The notes: a model not told the origin generated them from the sequence alone. A stretch of 64,000 bases of DNA from Magnetococcales bacterium (GCA_015228815.1 JADGCV010000010.1:46218-110217), one strand, 5' to 3'. Shown: positions 33,410-43,942, numbered from the stretch's first letter. A program made the numbers and translations.

Positions 33410-34866
33410 TGGGCATGAATATGCTTGATCGCATTGTGGTGGCCATCTCGCCAGAGCGAGGTCTGCGCCGTGTTCGAGCCAGGGGGGCCATCGATGTTTT
33501 GCGCCGTGAATACGATGGTGCCAAGACTGGCCGTCGCACCGATGGGTGGATTACGCCCGGCAATGACGCCAACGCAGAAATCGCCATCGCCTCCACCCGG
33601 TTGCGCAACCGCGCCAGGGATCTGGTGCGCAACAACCCGTTTGCTGCCAAGGCGGTCATCACCTATGCCTCCAGCATGGTAGGCTCCGGCATCCGTCCCA
33701 GGCCCAAAGCCGAATCCAAAGTTCTGGACGCTCAGATCACCAGTCTGTGGGAGGATTTTTCCAACCAATGTGATGCCGACGGTCGCACCAACTTTTACGG
33801 TATCCAAACATTGATGGTGCGCAGCATGGTGGAGAGCGGGGAATGCCTCCTCCACATGATCAGCCGCCCATCATCTTTCGGGCTGGCCGTGCCGCTGCAA
33901 CTCCGGGTGCTGGAAGCTGACCATCTGGATGTTTCTCGTGACCAAAACCTTCCGGGTGGTGGCTTCATCCAGCAGGGGATCGAGTTCGACAGCCACGGAA
34001 CCCGGGTGGCTTATTGGCTCTACCCACAACACCCGGGGTCGTCCAACATCACCGCCAAAACGGTGAGTATTCGTGTTCCGGCATCAGATGTGGTCCACCT
34101 TTTTGACCGCATGCGCCCCGGACAAAACCGTGGCGTCACCTGGTTCGCACCAGCGTTGCTGCGCATGCGTGATCTCGACGACTACGATGAAGCGGAGTTG
34201 ATGCGCAAAAAGATCGAGGCCTGTTTCGTCGGGTTTGTCATCAACGCCGATCCTGGTCAGTCGCTATCGATTCCAAAGACAGAAGCCAACGAAAAACGGG
34301 TGGAATCGTTCGAGCCGGGCATGGTGTCGTATTTGCCTCCCGGAAAAGATATCCGTTTTGGTTCCCCGGCAACCACCTCTGGATATGTCGAATACATGCG
34401 CTGGCACTTCCACGCGGTATCGGCGGCCTTGGGGCTGACCTACGAATTGCTGACGGGTGACCTGTCCCAGGTCAACTATTCCTCCCTGCGTGCCGGATTG
34501 ATCGAGTTTCGCCGTCGGATCGATGCCATGCAACGACAGGTGTTGGTTCCGCAGCTCTGTACCCCAGTCTGGAACCGGTTTTTGTCCACCGCCCAAGCTG
34601 CCGGGCTGGTGGGTGATGGCAAAATCAGAATCCAGTGGACGCCGCCCCGGTTTGAAGCGGTTGACCCGCAAAAAGACACCATGGGCGAAATCCTCATGAT
34701 CCGGGCCGGATTGATGTCTCTTGCCGAGGGAATTGCCCGCCAGGGCTACGATCCCGACGTTGTAACGGCGGAATTCGCCGAGATGAATAAGGTTCTTGAC
34801 CAACTGGGTATCACTCTGGATACCGATCCCCGCAAATCGACCCGCAACGGGCAGCACAGGCAGTAG
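33409..34866 (+). CDS. portal protein, lambda family
   Basis: 'REYDGAKTGRRTDGWITPGNDANAEI...LRNRARDLVRNNPFAAKAV' is a lambda-type portal N-terminus. Size and position fit. Confidence 0.85.
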   Translation: MGMNMLDRIVVAISPERGLRRVRARGAIDVLRREYDGAKTGRRTDGWITPGNDANAEIAIASTRLRNRARDLVRNNPFAAKAVITYASSMVGSGIRPRPKAESKVLDAQITSLWEDFSNQCDADGRTNFYGIQTLMVRSMVESGECLLHMISRPSSFGLAVPLQLRVLEADHLDVSRDQNLPGGGFIQQGIEFDSHGTRVAYWLYPQHPGSSNITAKTVSIRVPASDVVHLFDRMRPGQNRGVTWFAPALLRMRDLDDYDEAELMRKKIEACFVGFVINADPGQSLSIPKTEANEKRVESFEPGMVSYLPPGKDIRFGSPATTSGYVEYMRWHFHAVSAALGLTYELLTGDLSQVNYSSLRAGLIEFRRRIDAMQRQVLVPQLCTPVWNRFLSTAQAAGLVGDGKIRIQWTPPRFEAVDPQKDTMGEILMIRAGLMSLAEGIARQGYDPDVVTAEFAEMNKVLDQLGITLDTDPRKSTRNGQHRQ

Positions 34867-34890
34867 AAACAAACCACCGGAGAAAAAGAA

Positions 34891-36960
34891 ATGGAAAAAA
34901 GAATCGACCTGCCCATGCAGGTTCGGTCGGCCAGTTTCGTCCCGGAAACGGTCAATGCCGAGGCACATACCGTTGAAATGGTATGGTCCACCGGGGCCAC
35001 GGTGCGCAGACGCGATTGGATGTCCGGCCAGAGTTACGATGAAATCCTCTCCATGGACCCAGCCCATGTTCGTCTTGGCCGACTCAACGGTGGGGCACCT
35101 CTTCTGAACAGCCATCAGGCATCCACGCTTGATGATGTCATTGGCGTTGTGGACCGGGCATGGATCACTCCCGGAACCAACGGATACGAGGGACGTGCCA
35201 GTGTGCGTTTTTCCCAACGAGAAGATGTAGCGCCGATCTTCAAAGACGTTCAGGACGGAATTCTGCGCAATGTCTCGGTTGCCTACACCGTTCACAAATA
35301 CGAAATCACGGAAGAAAGAGGAAAGGTCCCGGTCTGGCGGGCGGTGGACTGGTCGCCTTTGGAACTATCCGCAGTCCCGATTGGTGCCGATCCGGGTGCA
35401 GGTTTCCGCTCGACCGAACCCAAAACCAACCCATGTGAAATAGTCCATACCAAAGGAGCAGAAATGTCTGATCAAGCCCGAACCCCAGCAGAAGTGGCGA
35501 CAGATTCTGCCGCCAATACGACCACCCCTCAGGCGACGCAACCCAAAGGGACAGAAATGCCAGACCCCGTCGCTCCCACGGAAGACACGGCCTCAAAACC
35601 TGTCGAAACCCGATCTGCTGTCTTGGGAAAACCCGATGATGCACCCACCCAGACCCGTGCCACCACCGTGGAAGATACAGAGTCCATGATCAAGCGGGCG
35701 TTGGCGGCTGAACGCAAACGGTTGGCGGACATTTACGATGCCCAGGAGAAACTCAAAGTGGATCGCTCTTTTGCTGATAAACTGGTCAAAGAAGGCGTTG
35801 GTCTGGACGATGCCCGCAGGAGCCTTATCGATGAAGCCGCCAAGCGTTCCGGCGAGATTCAAAACCACGTGATCACCATCGGCCAGGATGAAAAAACCAC
35901 CCGCAATGCGGCGGTGGAAAACGCTTTGCTGCACCGTTTTGACCCAACCAACCATAAACTCACCGATGCTGCCCGCGAATGGCGTGGGTTGACGTTGCTG
36001 GAAATGGCCAGGACATTTTTGGAGAAGGACAATCATCGTGTAACCAATGGTCTTTCCCGGCATGAATTGGCCACTCGCGCACTGCACACCACGTCGGATT
36101 TCCCGACTATTTTAGCCAACGTGGCCAACAAAACCCTGCGCAACGCTTATGAAACTGCTCCGCGTACCTTCCAGCCTTTCTGCCGCCAGGTGACTGCCAA
36201 TGACTTCAAAGCCATGACCCGGGTGCAACTGGGCGAGGCCCCGGCTTTGGACAAAGTCAACGAGGGTGGCGAATACAAACGTGGTCCCATGGGTGAGGGA
36301 AAAGAATCCTACCGGGTGGAAACCTATGGCAAGATCATTTCCATTTCGCGACAAGTTTTGGTCAACGACGACCTGAATGCGTTCACCCGTATTCCGCAAT
36401 TATTCGGTGTGGCGGCGGCCAATTTGGAAAGCGATGTGATTTGGAGCATCTTCACCTCCAACCCGAATATGGGCGATGGGGTGGCGCTTTTTCATGCCAA
36501 TCACAAGAACCTGGCGGCGGCTGGCACCACCATTTCAGTTGCATCCCTCGCCGCTGCCCGCAAAGCCATGGCGGTCCAAACCGGGTTGGATGGCACGACC
36601 ATCCTCAATGTTCGTCCCGCATTTATCCTTGTCCCGGCAGCGTTGGAGGTTACTGCCGAACAGCTTTTGGCGGTGAATCTGTTCCCAGCCAAATCCGTTG
36701 ATGTGGTCACCCCATCCATTCGTTCGTTGGTGGTCATCGCCGAGCCGCGTCTGGACGCATCCAGTGATAAAACTTGGTATTTATCTTCAAATCCAAGTCA
36801 GATCGACACCATCGAGTATGCCTATTTGGAGGGCCAGACCGGTGTCTACATCGAAACCCGCATGGGTTTTGAGGTGGATGGCGTGGAGATCAAAGCCCGG
36901 CTGGATTTCGGGGCCAAGGCCATCGATTGGCGTGGATTCTTCAAGAATCCAGGCGCGTAA
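34891..36960 (+). CDS. prohead protease (HK97/U35-type) - scaffold-like linker - major capsid protein fusion
   Basis: N-terminal 'GAPLLNSHQASTLDDVIGVV' protease motif, an acidic/Ala-Thr-rich middle segment, then a ~300-aa capsid-like C-terminal domain. It is the only capsid candidate in the head module. Confidence 0.75.
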   Translation: MEKRIDLPMQVRSASFVPETVNAEAHTVEMVWSTGATVRRRDWMSGQSYDEILSMDPAHVRLGRLNGGAPLLNSHQASTLDDVIGVVDRAWITPGTNGYEGRASVRFSQREDVAPIFKDVQDGILRNVSVAYTVHKYEITEERGKVPVWRAVDWSPLELSAVPIGADPGAGFRSTEPKTNPCEIVHTKGAEMSDQARTPAEVATDSAANTTTPQATQPKGTEMPDPVAPTEDTASKPVETRSAVLGKPDDAPTQTRATTVEDTESMIKRALAAERKRLADIYDAQEKLKVDRSFADKLVKEGVGLDDARRSLIDEAAKRSGEIQNHVITIGQDEKTTRNAAVENALLHRFDPTNHKLTDAAREWRGLTLLEMARTFLEKDNHRVTNGLSRHELATRALHTTSDFPTILANVANKTLRNAYETAPRTFQPFCRQVTANDFKAMTRVQLGEAPALDKVNEGGEYKRGPMGEGKESYRVETYGKIISISRQVLVNDDLNAFTRIPQLFGVAAANLESDVIWSIFTSNPNMGDGVALFHANHKNLAAAGTTISVASLAAARKAMAVQTGLDGTTILNVRPAFILVPAALEVTAEQLLAVNLFPAKSVDVVTPSIRSLVVIAEPRLDASSDKTWYLSSNPSQIDTIEYAYLEGQTGVYIETRMGFEVDGVEIKARLDFGAKAIDWRGFFKNPGA

Positions 36961-36978
36961 AGTTTGAGGAGGAATGCG

Positions 36979-37308
36979 ATGAGAAACTGGATCCAACCGG
37001 GCGACACGATCACGGTGGTCGCCCCTGCCGCCGTCAATGGTGGCGATGGGTTGATGGTCGGTGCCTTGTTTGGCGTGGCGGTCTCCACTGCCGTCATCGG
37101 CACCAATGTGGAAATGGCTACCACCGGTGTGGTGGACCTGCCCAAGGCCTCCGGTGCCATCACCCAGGGTGCAAAACTTTACTGGGACAACACCGCAAAG
37201 AACGTTACCACGACCGTTGGCACCAACACCTTGATTGGTTGCGCCATCGTGGTCGCTGCCGTTGGCGACACCACCGCCCGGGTACGGCTGAATGGGGTCG
37301 TGGCGTGA
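36979..37308 (+). CDS. DUF2190 head decoration/cement-like protein
   Basis: 'GDTITVVAPAAVNGGDGLMVGALFGVAV...TTGVVDLPKASGAITQGAKLYWD'. ATG 36979 lies 6 nt after GAGGAGG. Confidence 0.75.
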   Translation: MRNWIQPGDTITVVAPAAVNGGDGLMVGALFGVAVSTAVIGTNVEMATTGVVDLPKASGAITQGAKLYWDNTAKNVTTTVGTNTLIGCAIVVAAVGDTTARVRLNGVVA

Positions 37309-37322
37309 GTCGCTGGGACACA

Positions 37323-37670
37323 ATGCGTACATTGTTGAACCGATCCTGTTTTGCCACCTTCAGCATTCCGGTGGTGTACACCCCCTCCCTGGAAAACAGG
37401 ATGGAGTTGGGCGGCATGCCCATCAATCTGGTCGGAATCTTCGATGAAAAACGTGAAATCGTCTCTCTGATGGGAAATGGTGGCCTCGATGTCGTCATCC
37501 CGCGCGCCGTTCTGGAGATCAAAATCTCCGATCTGGGCATCGAGCCCATGGCCGAAGACGATGTGACCATCGATGGGGTGCCGTATCGCGTGTTCGAGGT
37601 CCAGCCTGACGGGAAGGACCTGGCCATTCTGGTTCTCAACCGCATTCAGGATCCATTCGCGGTTTTTTGA
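37323..37670 (+). CDS. putative head-tail connector/adaptor protein
   Basis: 115-aa ORF directly after the capsid/decoration genes. The call rests on position only. Confidence 0.45.
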   Translation: MRTLLNRSCFATFSIPVVYTPSLENRMELGGMPINLVGIFDEKREIVSLMGNGGLDVVIPRAVLEIKISDLGIEPMAEDDVTIDGVPYRVFEVQPDGKDLAILVLNRIQDPFAVF

Positions 37671-37682
37671 CTGGAGCGCCCC

Positions 37683-38078
37683 ATGGTGTCACAAGCAAAT
37701 AATTTCAAATTTTATCGCGGCGACACCAAGGTCTTCACCCTGTCGTTTGCCGCCGTGGCCGGAACGCCGATCGATATCACCGGCCACGAGTTGTGGTTCA
37801 CCATGAAACATTCACCCAATGATCCGGACGTGGCCGCCGTACTTCAAAAGCGGATCGTTTTTCCGGCGACCCCGGAATCGGTGGCCGGGGCGGGTTCACT
37901 GACCCTCCATTCGACCGAGACCGCAGTCATCGAGCCGGGGGTGTATTTCTATGACATGCAAAAGGTCATTCCCGGCATTCCAGGAGAGCCGAACACACCG
38001 CCGGTGGTTGCGACCCTCATCAGCGGGCGCATCCAGGTGCTGCCGGACATCACCCAAAGATGCGGTTCATCGCCATGA
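37683..38078 (+). CDS. hypothetical structural protein
   Basis: 131-aa ORF. Position only. Confidence 0.5.
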   Translation: MVSQANNFKFYRGDTKVFTLSFAAVAGTPIDITGHELWFTMKHSPNDPDVAAVLQKRIVFPATPESVAGAGSLTLHSTETAVIEPGVYFYDMQKVIPGIPGEPNTPPVVATLISGRIQVLPDITQRCGSSP

Positions 38079-38548
38079 CCGGGCAACGGATCGAGGTCAC
38101 GGTTGGCGAACAACCCATCGTCGTGACCCTGGGCGAGCCGCAGCTCAAAGTCGCCGTCAAGGATGAATGGCTGAATTTTTCCGCACCGGTCGTTCTGCAA
38201 TCGACCGGAGGATGGCCCTTTGGGGAAAACCCCAGGCGGGTGAACGGGATTGCCCAAAACGTTCCGACGATTGTGGATCGCGTGGTGATGCCAGGGCAGT
38301 ACCGGCAGGTCAAATGGCTGCTGGCCATCACGGATTCCTCCCTCGGTCTGGGAATCGGCAGTGAGATCAACGTGTTCATGAGAGGAGGCATCATCGATTT
38401 CACGGAATACGCAATCACAGGGGATGCAGACATTCTCACCTACAAGATTGATTTCGTTGTGGACGGGGATGAGGTGTTGATGATGTTGACGTCGTTTTAC
38501 GACGGATTGCTGGATGTAGTCAGCATGAAAATCGGTATTTTTTCTTGA
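38060..38548 (+). CDS. hypothetical structural protein (alternative start ATG 38075 overlapping the upstream stop)
   Basis: 162-aa ORF. Position only. Confidence 0.5.
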   Translation: MRFIAMTGQRIEVTVGEQPIVVTLGEPQLKVAVKDEWLNFSAPVVLQSTGGWPFGENPRRVNGIAQNVPTIVDRVVMPGQYRQVKWLLAITDSSLGLGIGSEINVFMRGGIIDFTEYAITGDADILTYKIDFVVDGDEVLMMLTSFYDGLLDVVSMKIGIFS

Positions 38549-38576
38549 ACAAACAACCTGATTTTGGAGATCAATC

Positions 38577-40256
38577 ATGGGTACTGTTGCCCCGTTTCGC
38601 ATCAAAGGTGGGTTGGACCTTGATGGCAAGGTTCAATTCCAGGTGTTTCCTTCCATTCCGTCTGGTACGCAGGCGGATTTGCTGTCCGTAGGATCCTTGG
38701 CGATTGCCCAGGACAGTGGCCAATGGTATCGCAAAACCACCATTGGTGCCGGTCCGGACAAATGGGCCGCGTTGCTCACGTCGATGGATACCCTGGGGAT
38801 CGCCCCCAACTGGCTCAGTCCGGTAGACGCCGCAATCACTGCGGTCATGACCAAAACGGAAGCGAAAACCGTCGCGCTGGCCATGCCGAACCTGCCCATT
38901 CGTGTCCTGTGCGCGAATCTTTCGGACGCTACCGCTGCCATCCATGACGCGGGGTTTTATCCCCAGGCCGGGGTACTCATGGATCCGGCGGTGGCCAATC
39001 CTCCGGGGAGCCATGTCTACGAACTTCGTTCCACGCTTCCGATCACAGCAGACACCTCGGCTGGTAATGATTTGACACTGGAGCTTACCACCAACAATCC
39101 GGTGGATGCGACCGAGACCACCGGTACCATCGTCGGCAACGCCATCGCCGTGAACCTGAAAAACACCGCCGGTACCTCCACGGCAACGATGTTCGATGTG
39201 GTCCGTGCCCTCGAAGCGGTGGATACGGACAACAGGGTCAGGATGCATTGTCCCGATTTTACCGCAGAGCAGATTGCCGCCGGGGTCGATACCCTCACCC
39301 CGTGCCCCTTGCCGTTGCCGCCGACCGCCTTCACTGGCGGATCGGCGGCACGAATTGGCTTCGAGAAGGTTCCCGTCCGGGAGATCCAGGATGAGACCCG
39401 GCAAAACTTTGCTGGCGATACGGTGTATGTCGCGGAGGGTGCCGAGAAGGGGTCCGTCTACTGCTACAACATGGACCAGGTCTGGGTGAAACAGGGGGCC
39501 AGCAACGTTTTGGAAACCGGCTTCATTCAAACCTTTGTCGGCAAATCCGGTGATGGCGCGGAGCTGCCGACCTATTCCAGCAACGCCATCGTGACTCAAT
39601 CGGCCAACCTGGAAACCGCCATCGGTCAGTTGGACGCGGCGGAGCAGGATACCCGTGATTTCATTGGGATGAGTGTCGGCGAGGAGATGCCGCTCTACGC
39701 CACCACCCATGTCGTCGAGCAGGGGGCCAGTCTCAATGAGGCCATCAGCCAGTTGGATCTGGAACTTTCCTACCTGTCCGCCTTCATGGGCAAGGTCAAA
39801 GGCAATGGGCTGCCCGTTTATGCCTCCACCAGGATTGTGACCCAGAATGGCACGCTTGAAGAGGCCATCAGCCAGTTGGATGACGCCTTGGGGACCGTGA
39901 GCCACGAGAGCAACGTAACCCAGGTGACGACGGCGGTTACTGCCGATTCCATCCTCATGGAACAGGAAATGGCCGCCGAGTGGCTCATTCATGCGCGGGA
40001 AGTCGCCAATCCCGGCAACGTTTATTTTACTCGTATCCTTGCCGCGCACAATGCCGCCATCGGCCTCCCTGCGACCGCCGCCCATTTCAACGAATCCGGC
40101 ATCATCGAACTGGGGCAACCCATCGACGGCTTTGCCATCACCATGGACGTGGAAACCTCGGGTCCGTTGAATGCCCGGACCATGCGGTTGCGCATGGCCT
40201 CCGTCGTACCGGTGGACGTGACCCTGTCCCGCTCCATCGTGCGCCGGGCGGCGTAA
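38577..40256 (+). CDS. fibre-like structural protein
   Basis: Three spaced 'L(E/N)(T/E)AI(G/S)QLD' heptad-like motifs and long Ala/Thr/Val-rich beta-type sequence. 559 aa. Confidence 0.5.
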   Translation: MGTVAPFRIKGGLDLDGKVQFQVFPSIPSGTQADLLSVGSLAIAQDSGQWYRKTTIGAGPDKWAALLTSMDTLGIAPNWLSPVDAAITAVMTKTEAKTVALAMPNLPIRVLCANLSDATAAIHDAGFYPQAGVLMDPAVANPPGSHVYELRSTLPITADTSAGNDLTLELTTNNPVDATETTGTIVGNAIAVNLKNTAGTSTATMFDVVRALEAVDTDNRVRMHCPDFTAEQIAAGVDTLTPCPLPLPPTAFTGGSAARIGFEKVPVREIQDETRQNFAGDTVYVAEGAEKGSVYCYNMDQVWVKQGASNVLETGFIQTFVGKSGDGAELPTYSSNAIVTQSANLETAIGQLDAAEQDTRDFIGMSVGEEMPLYATTHVVEQGASLNEAISQLDLELSYLSAFMGKVKGNGLPVYASTRIVTQNGTLEEAISQLDDALGTVSHESNVTQVTTAVTADSILMEQEMAAEWLIHAREVANPGNVYFTRILAAHNAAIGLPATAAHFNESGIIELGQPIDGFAITMDVETSGPLNARTMRLRMASVVPVDVTLSRSIVRRAA

Positions 40257-40343
40257 CTCTGCATCCATATCATCCTTTGCCGTTGGACCCGCCAGAGCGG
40301 AAGGGACCCAAGCCTTCCGCTTTGCGCGTTTTGGGGGAGATCG

Positions 40344-40679
40344 ATGACGACGCCCGATTTCACTTCCGCCTATCGTGTCCGGTGCCTGTCGCTCGATGGT
40401 CACGTCGGCATTTTTTCCGGGGATGAAGACCCCCGGACGATGGATACCTCCTCTTTCCCGGTCGGGTCGGTGTACTTCCAGACCGACGGCACGACCTGGA
40501 AACGCACGGGTCCGGCGGCATCCGCATGGATCAAGGACGGCCAACCAAACCCCCGTGGCGATGGATGCCCCTGGTTGCAGGTGGTCCGGGCCGTCCAGGC
40601 GACCTCAACGGAAGCGCAGGTACTCAGGTTGATACAAATGATGTCCATGGGAACACGTTGCAATCACGAACACCATTGA
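40344..40679 (+). CDS. hypothetical protein
   Basis: 111-aa ORF after GGGGGAG. Confidence 0.4.
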   Translation: MTTPDFTSAYRVRCLSLDGHVGIFSGDEDPRTMDTSSFPVGSVYFQTDGTTWKRTGPAASAWIKDGQPNPRGDGCPWLQVVRAVQATSTEAQVLRLIQMMSMGTRCNHEHH

Positions 40680-40698
40680 AGAAGGAGCAGTACACGTC

Positions 40699-42183
40699 AT
40701 GTCGAAACACATTCATTTTAATGCCGAGTCCAGGTCTTTCATCTTTGCCGAAGATGTCGGCGGCCCGGGAACGCCAGGGGCGAATCTGGTCACCGGGGCG
40801 GAACCACAGTCAGAACCGAACGCAGGGGATTGGTGGCTGAACGCCTTGAATTTCGAAGTTTCAGAGTTTGTCGGTGACCAATGGGTGGTGCGCGGCACGC
40901 TCAGGCGTGGTCAGGCGGTCCCTGGAGAACGGGGTCTCCCCGGACCCCAGGGGATTCAAGGAATCAAGGGTGATCCCGGCGATGTCGGTCCCCAAGGATC
41001 CCAGGGACCTCAAGGACCCCAGGGGATTCAAGGAATCAAGGGGGACAGCGGTAACATCGGACCCGCTGGACCCCAAGGTCCCCAAGGATCCCAAGGACCT
41101 CAAGGTTTGACCGGTCTGCAGGGGATCAAGGGTGACACCGGTGACGGCGGACCCCAAGGCCCCCAAGGTTCTCAAGGATCCCAAGGTTTGACCGGTCCGC
41201 AGGGGATCAAGGGTGACACCGGTGACGGCGGCGGAATGGTACCGGGCTATTTCGGCATGAATGATTGGATGGGCGTGGTCAAGAGAATCGGTTCCGTGAC
41301 ACTTGGAACGTCGATTCAAAAAATGATCTATTGCCCGAGCAATCACTATCTGTATGCGTTGGACAATGATGGGGTCGGTACCGTCAAGGTGTTGAACCCA
41401 TTGAACAACACCACGGTCGCCAGCTTCGCTCTGCCATCGGGACTCGGTGTTGGTACCGGCATGGCCTACAGCCCAGTCAACGACAAACTTTACATCGTCA
41501 CGCAAAGCAACAGCGTGGTCGTCATCGATCCCGCGACCAACGCCCTGGCCCCGGTGCAACCCATCGGGGTTGGTTCAAGCCCGGTCGCCATCGAATACTG
41601 CCCGGCAAACGACCGGCTGTATGTCTCGAATGCCGAAAGCAGCACCATTTCGGTCATCGATCCTTCGTTGAATACGGTCGTGGCCACGATTCCCCTGAGT
41701 GCGATGCCGGGCCAGATGGCCTACAGCCCCGTCAACGACAAACTTTACATCGTCACGCAAAGCAACAGCGTGGTCGTCATCGATCCGGTGAACCATTCCC
41801 CGATGACGGGCATCTCTGTCGGCGAGGGTCCCCTTTCCATCTCCTATTGTCCAGTCAACAACAGGATCTATACGACAAACCCCGGTGAAGGGACGATTTC
41901 CGTCATCGATCCCATGGACAACACGGTGCCCTACACCATGGGGATCAGTGCTGGACTTCCACAAGGCATCATCTACTGCCCGGACACCCGGAGAATGATG
42001 GCGACGACCGTTTTCCCGGGCAAGGTCATCGCCATCGAACCGACGGTCTACTCCGGAGGCCGGGAGACCGTCGCCGTGGCACTGACGGGATCGGGAAATG
42101 TTTCCCAAAACCTCGTGTATTGTCCTGTCAATCAAAGAAAATATGTCTTGCAGGGAGATTCCGGGGTACTCATCTTTTCCTGA
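40699..42183 (+). CDS. collagen-like (GXY) / YVTN-type beta-propeller repeat fibre protein
   Basis: About 34 uninterrupted G-X-Y triplets (nt ~40924-41235), then repeated '[23 protein letters not shown]' and '[23 protein letters not shown]' blades. Confidence 0.75.
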   Translation: MSKHIHFNAESRSFIFAEDVGGPGTPGANLVTGAEPQSEPNAGDWWLNALNFEVSEFVGDQWVVRGTLRRGQAVPGERGLPGPQGIQGIKGDPGDVGPQGSQGPQGPQGIQGIKGDSGNIGPAGPQGPQGSQGPQGLTGLQGIKGDTGDGGPQGPQGSQGSQGLTGPQGIKGDTGDGGGMVPGYFGMNDWMGVVKRIGSVTLGTSIQKMIYCPSNHYLYALDNDGVGTVKVLNPLNNTTVASFALPSGLGVGTGMAYSPVNDKLYIVTQSNSVVVIDPATNALAPVQPIGVGSSPVAIEYCPANDRLYVSNAESSTISVIDPSLNTVVATIPLSAMPGQMAYSPVNDKLYIVTQSNSVVVIDPVNHSPMTGISVGEGPLSISYCPVNNRIYTTNPGEGTISVIDPMDNTVPYTMGISAGLPQGIIYCPDTRRMMATTVFPGKVIAIEPTVYSGGRETVAVALTGSGNVSQNLVYCPVNQRKYVLQGDSGVLIFS

Positions 42184-42204
42184 CCCCATCGGATTGGAGC
42201 TTGA

Positions 42205-42624
42205 ATGGACGATTATCTCGCCGCTGCCCCCTTGATCGTGGCCCGGCTCAATGAGCGGATCGGCAACGTCACCATCAAGCCGGTCTGGGGCATGCCCAGG
42301 ATCCAGGAGACCTTCGACCTGCCCCCGGCGGTGTGGGTCTTCCTGGAGGAGGATCGTCCCGGCCAAGCCAACCTGTTGGAGGATGGGGTGTCACAGCGGG
42401 TCGAGCAAATATGGCTCTGCCTGATGGTCGTCAATGATGCCGAACACGAAGCGGGGCTTTTGATCAGTCAAATCATCGCGGCATTGAACGGTTGGCAACC
42501 CGCAGGGGAGACGTTTGCGCCGTTCACGCGCGTCAAATCAACCTTTGCTCCGGATCACTCGCCCACCGGGATGTACTACTTCCCGGTGGCGTTTTCCACC
42601 CATTTTGTCTTCCAGAAGGATTAA
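42205..42624 (+). CDS. putative tail completion/terminator protein
   Basis: 139-aa ORF immediately upstream of the tube-like gene. Position only. Confidence 0.4.
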   Translation: MDDYLAAAPLIVARLNERIGNVTIKPVWGMPRIQETFDLPPAVWVFLEEDRPGQANLLEDGVSQRVEQIWLCLMVVNDAEHEAGLLISQIIAALNGWQPAGETFAPFTRVKSTFAPDHSPTGMYYFPVAFSTHFVFQKD

Positions 42625-42628
42625 ACTC

Positions 42629-43531
42629 ATGGCGAGCAGCCAAGTCAGTCTCATCGGTGTCGGCAGGGTGTTCATCGGATTGCGCTCCGGCGGCAAGTTG
42701 CGCTTCGTTGGACAGGTGAAGGAGTTCAAGTTAACCATCTCGGAGAAGACCGAAGAATTGAAGGATTATGTCAATGGCGGCGGCCTGGCGGACAGCGTCA
42801 GTTTCATCGAAAAGGTGGAAGCCTCCCTCACGTTTGCCAGTCTGTCGGTGAAAAACCTTGCGTTGGCCCTGCGTGGCGTCGATGGCCCGACGGAGGAGAT
42901 CACGAAGAACAATGAAGAATACATCGCCTACCAGGGAGGACTCATCCCGTTGGAAGGGGTGGGACTGAAAAATGAAACCGTGACCGTTGCCCCGGCGACC
43001 CTCTGGACGGCGATCACGCCTTTCGTCTCCGGCGACCTCATCAAACCCACCGTGGGCACCCATTTTTATCGCTGCAAAACCGCAGGGACCAGTGGCACCA
43101 CGGCTCCCACCTGGAAAACCGATGGCACCGATACCACCGACGGAACCATCACCTGGACCGACATGGGAACCATGGCCTTGACCGCCAGCGAATACGAACT
43201 CACCAGTGCGGGAATCTTCATCCCGGAGACCTCCACCAAGATTTCCCCGCAGGGCACCCCGGTCAAGGTCACCTGCACCACCTCTGCCGGGTCCATCATC
43301 CAAACGTTGGTCAATGCGGGCGAAGCGTATCGGATCGTGTTCGCGGGCAAAAATTTTGCCCGTGCTGGCAGTCCCCTGTCGGTCGATCTTTTTCGGGTCA
43401 AATTTTCTCCGGTGAAGGATCTTTCGTTCATCGGGGAATCGTTCGCGGAATTGCCTTTGACCGCCAGCGTGCTGTCCGATGACACCAGGACCGGCGTGGG
43501 CCTCAGCTCATTTTGCAAAATCGAACTGTAA
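42629..43531 (+). CDS. putative major tail tube protein
   Basis: 300-aa ORF directly before the chaperone/tape-measure pair. ATG 42629. Confidence 0.5.
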   Translation: MASSQVSLIGVGRVFIGLRSGGKLRFVGQVKEFKLTISEKTEELKDYVNGGGLADSVSFIEKVEASLTFASLSVKNLALALRGVDGPTEEITKNNEEYIAYQGGLIPLEGVGLKNETVTVAPATLWTAITPFVSGDLIKPTVGTHFYRCKTAGTSGTTAPTWKTDGTDTTDGTITWTDMGTMALTASEYELTSAGIFIPETSTKISPQGTPVKVTCTTSAGSIIQTLVNAGEAYRIVFAGKNFARAGSPLSVDLFRVKFSPVKDLSFIGESFAELPLTASVLSDDTRTGVGLSSFCKIEL

Positions 43532-43543
43532 GGAGGGAGGATC

Positions 43544-43942
43544 ATGCGCCGCAGCAAAACCATCACCCTGGGCCACCCGCCACGGGAAGTGACCCTCCGG
43601 GAACCGACGGTTGCCGAAATACGCAACTGGCTCCTGGATCTGGAACGACTCAAGAACGACCCCATCGATTTCGTGACCCATGGCCTGTTCAACGACGCCT
43701 CGCTGACCGACCTTGTGCTGATGTCCAATCTGTCATTGGCGGACCTGGAGACGATGGTCCCCTCGGAACTCCGGGAATTGATCACCGCCTGTCAGGAGTT
43801 GAACCCCGATTTTTTTACCGTGCGCCAGCGTCGGATGCTGATGTGGCAGATGGAGGCGCACAAAGCCTATGCGACGCTGACCAGGGAGCAACAATGGATG
43901 ATCTCCGAGCCGGGTCCGGTGGAAACGATTTCGCCTCCATGA
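43544..43942 (+). CDS. tail assembly chaperone (gpG-like)
   Basis: Small acidic ORF immediately upstream of the tape-measure gene, after AAGGAGGGAGG. A -1 frame extension is open to 44067. Confidence 0.6.
   Translation: MRRSKTITLGHPPREVTLREPTVAEIRNWLLDLERLKNDPIDFVTHGLFNDASLTDLVLMSNLSLADLETMVPSELRELITACQELNPDFFTVRQRRMLMWQMEAHKAYATLTREQQWMISEPGPVETISPP
43810..43816 (+). promoter_or_regulatory. candidate -1 programmed frameshift site T_TTT_TTT
   Basis: A run of seven T placed as X_XXY_YYZ in the gpG-like frame (gaT TTT TTT acc). The -1 frame is open from here to TAA 44065-44067, which abuts the tape-measure ATG. Confidence 0.45.

Noticed and set aside
40924-41235. Highly repetitive GGN-rich DNA as a non-coding tandem repeat.
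   Set aside because: It is an uninterrupted in-frame GXY collagen-like segment inside a well-supported ORF.
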